Positions 31,858-41,690 of a stretch of 64,000 nt of DNA are shown piece after piece. Each line of letters begins with the position of its first letter. The stretch's first letter is position 1. The notes below the pieces were generated by a model that saw only the letters and a list, made by a program, of their open reading frames with translations, was not told where the DNA came from and did not search any database. The position numbers and the translations under genes were made by a program. Source of the DNA: Promethearchaeota archaeon (GTDB taxonomy: Archaea > Asgardarchaeota > Lokiarchaeia > Sigyniarchaeales > SOKP01); NCBI GenBank assembly GCA_019057865.1, contig JAHLWP010000018.1, positions 1 through 64,000 on the forward strand, written 5' to 3'.

Positions 31858-32385
31858 ATACCAGAAAACAAGGTAAAGAAGTATTTCTCATTAATAGAGG
31901 CGTGGGCGTGGTGTGATATATGTGAGGATATGGTTGCTTTAAAGCTTGACAAGAAGGAAATTATTAATGGACTTCAAATGGGAATATATACAAAAGAATT
32001 TAAACATGCTAACCAATATCCTGATACTGAAGATCCAGATGATTTATCTGGACAAGAACATAAGATTTATGTCTATATTAATGATAATTATGATATAACG
32101 GGTGTAAAGAGTTTCTTTGGAGAATCTCCGAGTACAGAGGAAATCGGAGCCGCAGTGCAAGCAGGAGGTGAAGTGAGGATACCTGTTGTTGTTAAAGATA
32201 TTCCTCCAATGAGTGTACAGTTAGGGATGCTTACTAAAGAGGAGTTTAAAGTTTTAAAAATTTGTGATGGGATGAATACAATTGAAACAGTCGCAGAGAT
32301 TGCTCAGAAAAGTGTAGAAAAAATAGAAAAAATGATGGAGAAGCTCAGAAGTAAAGGATTGGTAAAGGTTATAAAAAGAACGTAA
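31858..32385 (+). CDS. putative metal-binding domain + C-terminal wHTH protein; probable ATA start
   Basis: Frame is open from ATA 31858 (GGTGA 6 nt upstream) and includes WCDICED; C-terminal HTH TIETVAEIAQKS…LRSKGLV. Confidence 0.7.
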   Translation: MPENKVKKYFSLIEAWAWCDICEDMVALKLDKKEIINGLQMGIYTKEFKHANQYPDTEDPDDLSGQEHKIYVYINDNYDITGVKSFFGESPSTEEIGAAVQAGGEVRIPVVVKDIPPMSVQLGMLTKEEFKVLKICDGMNTIETVAEIAQKSVEKIEKMMEKLRSKGLVKVIKRT

Positions 32386-32449
32386 AGAAATACATTCAAC
32401 CTTATGTTATTTTTAGATAGAAATTTTACTATTCAATTTTCTCTTAATT

Positions 32450-33217
32450 TTATAATTTTTCCCCATATAAGACTAAGTGTCGTGATAACCCTTTAATTGA
32501 CGGTTCTTTACTCAATTTTAAGACCATCTTTATTGTTTGCTTAAAGAATTTTTCATCCCAGGTATGAGAATCTAGAATTTTTTTTGGAATATGGAGCACA
32601 TCTGTCCAGACACAAACTCCATATATATCAATAACTTTAATTCCTTCTTCCTCAAACCAATTTTTTACTTCTTCAGGGCTTAAAACTATATAACTTCCTT
32701 CTGGATCTTCTAAGCAACTTGGTATAGACTCGATTGAAGATAATAATTTATCTGGATTTTTATAAAAGCTATTTATAACTGCAGTCCATTTATTTACAAG
32801 GAATATTGAGATTATACCACCTTTTTTAGTTACTCGCATTAGTTCTTTTGCTGCTAACCCTTCTATATCATCAATATTTCCGTCCCAAGAAATAACAAAA
32901 TCAAACATTTCATCTTTAAAATGGAGACTACGAGTATCGCACTTACAAAATTTTACTTTATCTAATACTCCTTCTCTTTGCATTTTTAGTTCTGCCACCT
33001 CCAACATTTTAGGAGAAATATCGCATAAAGTCACTGAATACCCCATCTTGACTAATGGTAAGGTTATTCTTCCCGTTCCTCCCGCGGCATCTAAAATTTG
33101 TGTTTTTCTATTTTCAGGTAAAAAGTTCTTTAAGATCTCCCAATCAACATAATGTTCAATAGCACCCTGAAAGGTCTTATAATACTCATCATATCTACAA
33201 GCACGATTATTCCACAT
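32450..33217 (-). CDS. class I SAM-dependent methyltransferase
   Basis: ILDAAGGTGR, DISPKML. Confidence 0.85.
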   Translation of the reverse strand: MWNNRACRYDEYYKTFQGAIEHYVDWEILKNFLPENRKTQILDAAGGTGRITLPLVKMGYSVTLCDISPKMLEVAELKMQREGVLDKVKFCKCDTRSLHFKDEMFDFVISWDGNIDDIEGLAAKELMRVTKKGGIISIFLVNKWTAVINSFYKNPDKLLSSIESIPSCLEDPEGSYIVLSPEEVKNWFEEEGIKVIDIYGVCVWTDVLHIPKKILDSHTWDEKFFKQTIKMVLKLSKEPSIKGLSRHLVLYGEKL

Positions 33218-33357
33218 TAAATTAATCCTTTCACCCTTTTTTAATTAAGTTTCAAATCAAAAAATTATTCCAAAAGACATTTTTAAAATTAATCTATAAA
33301 TAAAAAACTAAATAAAAAGAAAAGAGTTATGAATGTTAAGTTGAAAATTTTGATAAA

Positions 33358-33891
33358 TTAAACCTTTCCTGCATTTTCTATCATTTTACGTGTAATAAGT
33401 TCAAATACCTCATCAACATTATCACCAGTTCTGGATGAACACTCAATATATCCATGTAAGTTGTGAGATTTTGATACCTCAATAGCATCTTCAGCAGGTA
33501 CAGAACGTTTTTCATTTAAATCTAATTTTCCCCCCACCATAATAAGTGGTATCTGAAGTTGTGTTTTCGATGCGCTATGCTTAAAAAAAGAGAGCCAATC
33601 ATCTATATTTTTCATACTGGTATATCTTGTTATGTCAAACATAAAAATACCTCCATCTGCTCCCTTAGCAAAACTAGGTAAAAGAATTCTAAAGCGATCT
33701 TCTCCAGCAAAATCCCATATACGAAGAACAGCTGTCTTTCCTTCAATTTCTAATTCTTTAACACTAAAGTCTGCTCCTATTGTCATCTTTAAATCCTCAT
33801 TGAATACTCGAGTAAGAAATCTATTTGTTAATGTGGTCTTTCCGACTCCACCATCACCGAAGAGGCACAATTTAAATTTAATTTTTCCCAT
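33358..33891 (-). CDS. Rab-like small GTPase
   Basis: GDGGVGKT, TIGADF, WDFAGE, GKLD, ECSS. Confidence 0.9.
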   Translation of the reverse strand: MGKIKFKLCLFGDGGVGKTTLTNRFLTRVFNEDLKMTIGADFSVKELEIEGKTAVLRIWDFAGEDRFRILLPSFAKGADGGIFMFDITRYTSMKNIDDWLSFFKHSASKTQLQIPLIMVGGKLDLNEKRSVPAEDAIEVSKSHNLHGYIECSSRTGDNVDEVFELITRKMIENAGKV

Positions 33892-34004
33892 TGCTATAAC
33901 ACCGTATTAATCTAGAAAACTTATAAAATAAATAATTATCATTAATCTTATTTAAACTAAATATATAATAAATTTTTAAAAAGTCACATTCAACTTTAAT
34001 CTAA

Positions 34005-34436
34005 TTATTTAATGATATCCGTTATAAAACAAGTTTCTATTATCTTAATTCCTTGGATTTGTGAAATTTTATCTTCAATAAGTGGATTAAACTCTTCAAT
34101 TGATGGAATGTCAACTTTCAATAAGAGTCCACAATCTCCTGATAACCGCCAAATATTAGTAATTTCATCAACTTTGGATAATTCTCTCAAGATTCTTTTA
34201 ACCTCCTTAAAATCGGGAATAATTTTTACGGTAGCACTAATTTTTTGTTTTGTATCTATGTTATACTCAACTGTAAAGCGTTTTATAATACCCTCATCAA
34301 GGAGTTTCTTAACACGCCTTCGTACAGTAGCCTCTGTTTTATCTATCTTTTTACTGATATCATTGAATGAAATTCTACTATTACTTTTTAATTCTTCTAA
34401 AATTTTAAGATCGATTAAATCTATTTTTTTCGACAA
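34005..34436 (-). CDS. Lrp/AsnC transcriptional regulator
   Basis: DLKILEEL…TVRRRVKKLLDEGII HTH plus RAM domain. Confidence 0.9.
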   Translation of the reverse strand: MSKKIDLIDLKILEELKSNSRISFNDISKKIDKTEATVRRRVKKLLDEGIIKRFTVEYNIDTKQKISATVKIIPDFKEVKRILRELSKVDEITNIWRLSGDCGLLLKVDIPSIEEFNPLIEDKISQIQGIKIIETCFITDIIK

Positions 34437-34602
34437 TTTTTAAACTTTTTTTGTTGAATTCTTACAACTTAGTTATAAATTGTGATAAATTATTTAATAA
34501 ATTATGTCTTTTTCAGAAAAGAATTAAATTTAACTACTTTAATTGAAAAAACAAGAGAAAAAACAATATTTGAATTATTAAAAATTGTTATACAAGAACT
34601 GA

Positions 34603-35649
34603 TCAGTACGAGATACTTAGTCCTTTTTTTATATTCTTTTTTATATATACATATATCTCTTCTTCACTAATAATATTATTCCTCAAATCTAAAGAACGTA
34701 GATCCTTTAAACATTCAATTCCTTCAATTCTTTCTAGTGTAGCAATTTGATTTTTGTAGAGATATAAAGTTCTAAGGTTATTTAAGGTTTCAAGCCCTTC
34801 AATTTTAGAAATTTGATTTTCACCAAGATTTAATTCATGCAGATTTTCTAAATTCTCAAGACCTTCTATTTCAGCAATATTATTGCCCTGAAGAGCAAGA
34901 TAACTAAGATTAAATAAAGAAATAAGCCCTATTATTTTGGATACATTGTTTTCGCTGAGATCCAAGATTATTAAGTTCTTTAATTTGTCAAGTCCTTTTA
35001 TCTCAGCAATTTGATTATTGCATAAATACAATTCAGTAAGGTTGGTTAGTTTATCAAGCCCTTTTATCTCTTTTATTTGATTTTCTTCAAGATGCAAACG
35101 TTCTAACTTAGAAAAATTCTCCATGAAATCTATTTCCTCAATTTGATTACCACGAAGATCCAGATATTTTAGTTCAGTTAGATCTCCTAAACCGATAAAA
35201 TCACTTACTTTTTTTACGTCTAACCCTATTATTGCAATTTTTACTAATTCTTCATCTTCTATTACATAATCCAAGAAATTGCGTCCACATCTATTTTTAA
35301 AAAATAAAATAGTCTTACATTTAACATAGATCTCTATGAGCCAATCAACACTTTGCGGTAAATTCACTCAATCATAAAAATGATTAAGAATCTGTGGATG
35401 CTTTTTTTTAATTTTTTCTAATTCCTTTCTCAAAAATTCCAGCAGGAAATCTGAGATTTTATGCTGTTTTGAACCAATTTCTCCTAATATTTCAACACTT
35501 TTGATTCTATTATCTTCATTCTTATCATTCTCTATAATAGAGATTAATCGTTCAGAGGCTATTTCTTCATCCAATTTTCCATTTTTATAAGAATCATAAA
35601 TTAATTCTGGATTTAAATTTGATTTCACATTAAATAAAGAGTAATCCAT
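34603..35649 (-). pseudogene. HEAT-like + leucine-rich-repeat protein interrupted by one in-frame TGA (35368-35370)
   Basis: ORFs 35368..35649 and 34603..35367 are contiguous and in the same frame; SDS22-like LRRs LxxLxLxxNxIxxIxGL. Confidence 0.7.
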
Positions 35650-36029
35650 CTATTTAAACTTATCTTAAAGGTTACAAGAATATAAGATTGACTTTTGACC
35701 TCATGTAATTTTTGACTTTTAAATTTTTAATTACATCAATTGGATTTACTATAATTAGTATTTTTGTTAGATTTATCACTTTTTTTGTTATATTTTGATA
35801 ATAATAGGTGATTCAGATCATAAATTTGTCTTAAGAAATGGTAAATATTATTATCGATCAATTATCATGTTGGATTCGTATATTCCTTCCTTTCTCGATT
35901 ATTTTTTTGTTTGATAATGTGCAAAATGATCATATTTAAATATAAAATTATCTAATTATAATAATAGATATAAAATTATGATTTTAACATCACAATTAAA
36001 AAATTATATAAAAAGTGAGGAATGATAAA

Positions 36030-36299
36030 ATGTGTAATAATTGTAATTGCGATGCTTTTGACCAATGTTCAATAGTGGGATATATGCCTGTTGGATTTTG
36101 TTGTTCAAAGTGTGTGTTATACGATCAAGTCCATACTTGTTTATCTTTTAAATCAAAACCTAAAATGGGTGTAGGAGAATCAGAAAGAATCGAACCAGTA
36201 TCTATAACAATAGAAGATGGGTTACTAAAAGTGGTTCTTAAAAAGGAAAAAAAGGAGTTTCCAATTTATATAGACCTTCAAAAGCAATTTGAAAAATAA
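36030..36299 (+). CDS. small Cys-rich protein
   Basis: MCNNCNCDAFDQC…FCCSKC…HTC; GTGAGG SD upstream. Confidence 0.7.
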   Translation: MCNNCNCDAFDQCSIVGYMPVGFCCSKCVLYDQVHTCLSFKSKPKMGVGESERIEPVSITIEDGLLKVVLKKEKKEFPIYIDLQKQFEK

Positions 36300-36492
36300 A
36301 AACTATATTTTATTTTTTTTGGATTTGGTACTTAATTCATTTACTTTTTTAGCAATTTCCATATTTTTAAAGGAGATTGTGATAATTTATACCAAATTTG
36401 TAAATATTTCTTTTCTGAATTATGTAAAAAATTTAATAAATTTAAAATATTAAAGTAGAATAAAAATAGAAGAATTAATAGTGTACATTGAC

Positions 36493-36993
36493 ATGAGTGT
36501 CATAAATTTTGATTTTAGAAATCAGGTTATTAAGCATAATGCTTCTTTGAGTTATTGTTATCAATGTTCAACTTGCTCAGGGGGGTGCCCGGTTGCTTTA
36601 TTGACAAATGGAGAGTATAATCCAAGAAAGATAATAGAAGAAGCGATTTTAGGGCTTCAAGATAAATTAGTCAGAGTTCAAGATCCAAATCCATGGTTAT
36701 GTTCAACATGTCAGAAATGTGTTGAGTTATGTCCTCAAAAAGTGGAGTTAACAGAGATTTTTACTTTGATAAAAAACAAATGCTTCGAGGAGGGAAAGTA
36801 TCCTGAAGCATTTCATGCACAAGGTCAAGCAGTACTAGAAAACGGTATTGCTATTCCTTATTCAAAAGCAGTACTTTCAAGAAGAGAAAAGTTAGGACTT
36901 CCAATAATAACAACAGCCCCAATTGAGGAGATAAAAACTCTTTTAAGAGAAACAAATTTTGAACAAAATATTATAAAAAGGGAGGCTGAATAA
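36493..36993 (+). CDS. hdrC: heterodisulfide reductase subunit C
   Basis: CYQCSTCSGGCP, CSTCQKCVELCP. Confidence 0.9.
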   Translation: MSVINFDFRNQVIKHNASLSYCYQCSTCSGGCPVALLTNGEYNPRKIIEEAILGLQDKLVRVQDPNPWLCSTCQKCVELCPQKVELTEIFTLIKNKCFEEGKYPEAFHAQGQAVLENGIAIPYSKAVLSRREKLGLPIITTAPIEEIKTLLRETNFEQNIIKREAE

Positions 36994-36995
36994 AA

Positions 36996-37865
36996 ATGTC
37001 TTATGATTTATTTTTAGGGTGTGTAATTCCGGCAAGATTACCTTTTTTAGAGGCCTCTTCCAGAAAGGTTTTTGAAAAACTTGGAATTAAACTGAATGAT
37101 GTAGAGGGGTTTAGCTGCTGTCCTGATCCAACAGGAATCGAACAAATAGATCGTACAACCTGGTTAACTTTAGGAGCAAGAAATCTGAGTTTATGTAAAA
37201 ATAACGGTGGAGTCATTTCATTTTGTTCAGGGTGTGTCGAGACCTTGAAAGGAGTAAACTATTTTATCAATAAAGATCTTACTACGAAAAAAGAAATCAA
37301 TAGACATCTGCAAAAAGTTGGAAAAGTTTATGAAGGCAAAACGGAAGTGAAACATTTTGCGGAGATACTTTATGAAAATCTTGAGAATATAAAAAAAAGT
37401 GTTGAAAAACCGTTAGAAGGTTTTAAAGTTGCTGTTCATTATGGTTGTCACTATTTAAGGCCTTCAGAAATTATAGAATGGGATGATCCATTTGAACCAA
37501 TTACAATTGATGAAATTGTAAAGGCACTTGGAGCAGAATCAGTAGAATATGATTTGAAAATGGAGTGTTGTGGAAATCCTGTTGAAAAATCTGATAGAGA
37601 TTTGTCTCTCTTAATGATTGATAATAAATTAAAAGCTATAGAAAATGCCGGAGCTAACTGTGTTGCTGTGGTTTGTCCTGCATGCTATCAGCAGTATGAA
37701 TTTAATCAAAGAGAACTAAATAAGAGAAACAATACAGAGTATAATTTACCAATTTTTTATCTTTCGGAGCTTGTTGCTTTGGCTTTTGGATTCTCTCCTG
37801 AAGATATTGGTTTAAATTTTCACAGAATTAAGCCAAATGAGTTATTTGAGAGTATTCACTTTTAA
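36996..37865 (+). CDS. hdrB: heterodisulfide reductase subunit B
   Basis: FLGC, SCCP, HYGCH, CCG, CPAC. Confidence 0.92.
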   Translation: MSYDLFLGCVIPARLPFLEASSRKVFEKLGIKLNDVEGFSCCPDPTGIEQIDRTTWLTLGARNLSLCKNNGGVISFCSGCVETLKGVNYFINKDLTTKKEINRHLQKVGKVYEGKTEVKHFAEILYENLENIKKSVEKPLEGFKVAVHYGCHYLRPSEIIEWDDPFEPITIDEIVKALGAESVEYDLKMECCGNPVEKSDRDLSLLMIDNKLKAIENAGANCVAVVCPACYQQYEFNQRELNKRNNTEYNLPIFYLSELVALAFGFSPEDIGLNFHRIKPNELFESIHF

Positions 37866-37920
37866 TTAGAAATTTTTTAAAGTTTAAAATTCAAAAATAT
37901 AAAAATTTAAGGAGTTTGTT

Positions 37921-39228
37921 ATGGAAAAGGTTTCTAAAAGCGCATTAGTTATAGGAGGAGGAATAGCTGGAATTCAAGCAGCTTTAGATCTAGCAGATAT
38001 GGGCATTCATGTAGATATGGTGGAAAAAAAACCTTGCATAGGAGGAAGGATGGCCCAATTAGATAAAACTTTTCCTACTAATGATTGTTCAATTTGTATA
38101 TTAGCACCAAAATTATCAGAATGCTATAGACATCCAAATATTACTCTTTATTCTTATTCTGAAGTTCAAAAGGTTGAAGGGTCAGCAGGTAATTTTTCAG
38201 CAGAAATTCTTAAGCGTGCCCGTTATATTAAAGAAGAGGAATGTATAAATTGTGGTCTCTGCGTTGAAAAATGCCCTATGAGAGTAGAGGATGAATTTGA
38301 TAGAGAACTTAGGAAAAGAAGGGCTATTTATATGTATTATCTTCAAGGTGTTCCTGCGATTATGACAATAGATAAGGAGAAATGTTTATGGTTTACCAAG
38401 AATGCTTGTAGGATTTGTGAAAAAACGTGTGAGAGAGAAGCAATTGATTTTGAACAAGAAGATCAAATAATTAGGTTAGAAAATATTGGTTCTATTATTA
38501 TAGCCACTGGATATAATTTAATCGAAGATATAGATAATGAAATATTAAAAAATTACGGATATCAAAAATATAGAAATGTCGTTACTGCTTTAGAATTTGA
38601 AAGAATGTTAAGTGCATCTGGTCCTCAAGATGGTCATATAAAAAGATTTTCTGATAATGAAGAGCCTGAAAAAATAGCATATCTTCAATGTATTGGTTCT
38701 CGCACAGATAGAGCAGGGCAATATTGTTCTGCGATTTGCTGTATGTATACCACTAAAGAAGCAATGATTGCGTATGAACATAATAATGATTTGGAATCTT
38801 ATGTTTTTTATATAGATATGAGAGCTGGAGGGAAAGGCTTTCAATCATTTCTTCGAAGAGGAGAAGCAGAATATAATATTAAATATGTTAAAAGTAAGGT
38901 TGCTCAAATTACAATTGATGATCAAGAAAATCCAATTATTATATATGAGGATTTAGATAAGGGAGAGATAAAACTATTAAAAGTAGGTTTAGTTGTTTTA
39001 GCCACTTGCATAGTTCCTCCTGAGGGGATTAAAAATTTGGCAGAAATATTAGGAATTGAATTAAACGAATATAATTTTATTAAAACACAGCCATTTGTTC
39101 CTGTCGAAACCAGTCGTGATGGTATATTTACGTGTGGGTGCGTACACGAACCGATGGACATTCCGCGCTCTGTTGCTGAGGGGAGTGGTGCTGCAGCAAG
39201 AGCAGCAGAAGTTATTAGAGGAGGATAA
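37921..39228 (+). CDS. hdrA: HdrA-type flavoprotein (N-terminal-half type)
   Basis: GGGIAG, LDKTFPTNDC, ferredoxin insert, QCIGSR…CSAICC. Confidence 0.9.
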   Translation: MEKVSKSALVIGGGIAGIQAALDLADMGIHVDMVEKKPCIGGRMAQLDKTFPTNDCSICILAPKLSECYRHPNITLYSYSEVQKVEGSAGNFSAEILKRARYIKEEECINCGLCVEKCPMRVEDEFDRELRKRRAIYMYYLQGVPAIMTIDKEKCLWFTKNACRICEKTCEREAIDFEQEDQIIRLENIGSIIIATGYNLIEDIDNEILKNYGYQKYRNVVTALEFERMLSASGPQDGHIKRFSDNEEPEKIAYLQCIGSRTDRAGQYCSAICCMYTTKEAMIAYEHNNDLESYVFYIDMRAGGKGFQSFLRRGEAEYNIKYVKSKVAQITIDDQENPIIIYEDLDKGEIKLLKVGLVVLATCIVPPEGIKNLAEILGIELNEYNFIKTQPFVPVETSRDGIFTCGCVHEPMDIPRSVAEGSGAAARAAEVIRGG

Positions 39229-39234
39229 ATTAAA

Positions 39235-40917
39235 GTGTCGGAACAAGAAGTTATAAGAGTAGGAGTATTTGTCTGTCATTGTGGTTCAAATATTGGAGGG
39301 CTTATTGATTGTAAAGCACTCGCAGAATATGCTAAAACATTACCTAATGTTGTATTTACTGAAGATAATCTTTATACATGCTCTGAAAATGGATTAGCTA
39401 GTATTAAAAATGCGATAAAAGAACACAATTTAAACCGAGTAGTTGTAGCTTCATGTACACCTAGAACACACGAACCTTTATTTCGCGAATGTATTTCAGA
39501 AGAAGGTTTGAATCCTTATCTTTTTAACTTTGTAAACATTAGAGACCAATGTACATGGGTTCATATGAAACATCCTAAGGAGGCATTCGAAAAGGCAAAA
39601 GATCTTATTAGAATGGGAGCTGCAAAAGCGGTAAAACAGGAACCTTTAGATATGATTATGATCCAGATTAATCCTAGCGCTTTAGTGATTGGTGGTGGGG
39701 TTACTGGAATGAGTGCAGCACTCAGTTTGAGTCGACAGGGATTTAAGACCTATTTAGTTGAAAAAGAAGATAAATTGGGTGGCCGGTTGAATACACTTTA
39801 TAAGCTATTTCCATACGATTTAGAAGCATCGGAATTTGTAGAAAAAATAATAACTAATGTTAATATCGCTCAAAATTTAGAGGTTTTGACCTCATCAAGA
39901 GTGAAAAACATAGATGGTTTTATCGGCAATTATGAAGTTGAAGTTGATCAGAATGGTAATATTATTAATTTAACAGTAGGAGCAATTATAGTGGCTGTAG
40001 GTTCTTCGACACTTACACCTGAAGGCATGTTTGGATATGATGGCATAAAAAGAATAACTCAGTATGAGTTAGAAACTAAATTAAAAAATAATGATCTAAG
40101 GGCAAAGGAAATTGTAATGATACAATGTGTGGGATCTCGGAATGATGAGAGACCTTATTGTTCAAGCATTTGCTGCATGACAGCTATAAAGAATGCGCTT
40201 ATTATTAAAGAAAAATTTCCTTACGCGAATATTACGATATTATTTAGGGACCTGTATACGCCAGGGACTGAGTATGAAGAATATTATAGGAGGGCAAGAG
40301 AGACAGGTCTGCTTTTCATTAAGTATGATCTTGATAGAATACCTGTTGTTGAGGAAAATCAAATAAGAGTTTATAATGAATATATTGGAGAAGAAATGAT
40401 CTTGCCGTATGATCTTCTTGTCTTATCTAGTCCTTTAATTGCGAATAAAGATAACAAGGAGCTTGCTCAGTTATTGAAAGTTCCCTTGGAAAGCAATAAA
40501 TTTTTTTTAGAAGCCCATGTAAAATTACGGCCAAGCGACTTTGCAACTGATGGAGTTTTTATTGGGGGCTCAGCAAAGTGGCCCGTGGATATCACAGAAG
40601 CTATAACACAAGGTTATGCTGCAGCCTCACGAGCGAGTACTATTTTATCTCATGAGACCGTAAAAGTAGAGGGTGCTACATCAAGCTTACCAGAATATAA
40701 TAAGAATTTATGTACAGGTTGTGAAGTTTGCATTAAGGTTTGTCCATATCATGCAATAAGGAAAACAGAAGAAGATGAAATTGAAATTATTGAAGCATTA
40801 TGTAAAGGTTGTGGTGTATGTGGTGCAACGTGTACAAATCAGGCCATTGTGATAAAACACTTTACAGATCCACAAATTTTAGCTGAAATTTTTGTGTTTG
40901 GAGGTAAAGAAACATAA
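39235..40917 (+). CDS. hdrA: HdrA-type flavoprotein (C-terminal-half type)
   Basis: CHCG, SCTP, QCVGSR, EAHVKLRP, C-terminal ferredoxin. Confidence 0.9.
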   Translation: MSEQEVIRVGVFVCHCGSNIGGLIDCKALAEYAKTLPNVVFTEDNLYTCSENGLASIKNAIKEHNLNRVVVASCTPRTHEPLFRECISEEGLNPYLFNFVNIRDQCTWVHMKHPKEAFEKAKDLIRMGAAKAVKQEPLDMIMIQINPSALVIGGGVTGMSAALSLSRQGFKTYLVEKEDKLGGRLNTLYKLFPYDLEASEFVEKIITNVNIAQNLEVLTSSRVKNIDGFIGNYEVEVDQNGNIINLTVGAIIVAVGSSTLTPEGMFGYDGIKRITQYELETKLKNNDLRAKEIVMIQCVGSRNDERPYCSSICCMTAIKNALIIKEKFPYANITILFRDLYTPGTEYEEYYRRARETGLLFIKYDLDRIPVVEENQIRVYNEYIGEEMILPYDLLVLSSPLIANKDNKELAQLLKVPLESNKFFLEAHVKLRPSDFATDGVFIGGSAKWPVDITEAITQGYAAASRASTILSHETVKVEGATSSLPEYNKNLCTGCEVCIKVCPYHAIRKTEEDEIEIIEALCKGCGVCGATCTNQAIVIKHFTDPQILAEIFVFGGKET

Positions 40918-41678
40918 TGAGTTTTGAACCTAGAATATTAGGATTTTTATGTAATTGGTGTTCTTATGCGGGGGCAGATTTGGCAGGAGTAAGTAGAATT
41001 CAATATCCCCCAAATATTAGAGTAATTAGGGTTATGTGTAGCGGTCGAGTTGATCCTATATTTATATTTAATGCTCTTCAAATCGGAATTGATGGAGTAA
41101 TAGTTATGGGATGTCACCCCGGTGATTGTCATTATCTTGAAGGGAATTATGAAGCTGAAAAGAAATATGAAATGGTTAAGGAATTCCTTAAAATCGCTGA
41201 TTTTGATAGGAGGATAAGATTAGAATGGGTATCTGCTTCTGAAGGTGTTAGATTCGGTCAAGTTGTTGCAGAATTTACTAATTCAATCCGAGAACTTGGA
41301 CCCTCTCCACTTAGCGGAGAAAATATTGATAATGAATTACTAGAAAAGTTAAAGGCGATGGAAGCAGCAGCTGCAAGTAATAGGATGAGAGCATTAGTCG
41401 GAAGACAAAGAAAAATTACCGAAGAAGAAAATGTATATGGAGAAAAAGTATCGGAGGAAAAATTTAATAAAATATTTTACTCAGCTATTAATGTCGAATA
41501 TGAGCGGCATCGAGTTTTATTTGCTTTAGAAAAAGATCCCAAATCAGTAAAGGATTTAGCTGTTGAATTAGGATTAGATCCAAGTGTAGTTTTAGAGCAC
41601 ATGTTAATTTTAAAAGGTCGAAGTCAAGTAGACTTTCAACAGATTATAGGAAATACACCAATTTTTATGAGAATATAG
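40917..41678 (+). CDS. mvhD: MvhD [2Fe-2S] subunit with C-terminal wHTH extension
   Basis: CNWCSY, MCSGR, GCHPGDCHY; tail SVKDLAVELGLDPSVVLEHM. Confidence 0.88.
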   Translation: MSFEPRILGFLCNWCSYAGADLAGVSRIQYPPNIRVIRVMCSGRVDPIFIFNALQIGIDGVIVMGCHPGDCHYLEGNYEAEKKYEMVKEFLKIADFDRRIRLEWVSASEGVRFGQVVAEFTNSIRELGPSPLSGENIDNELLEKLKAMEAAAASNRMRALVGRQRKITEEENVYGEKVSEEKFNKIFYSAINVEYERHRVLFALEKDPKSVKDLAVELGLDPSVVLEHMLILKGRSQVDFQQIIGNTPIFMRI

Positions 41679-41690
41679 CGGGGAAAAAGA

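Noticed and set aside
34012-34443. 143-aa plus-strand ORF and other antisense ORFs in the track (e.g. 4559, 33632, 60506)
   Set aside because: They are antisense shadows of well-supported genes and carry no motifs.
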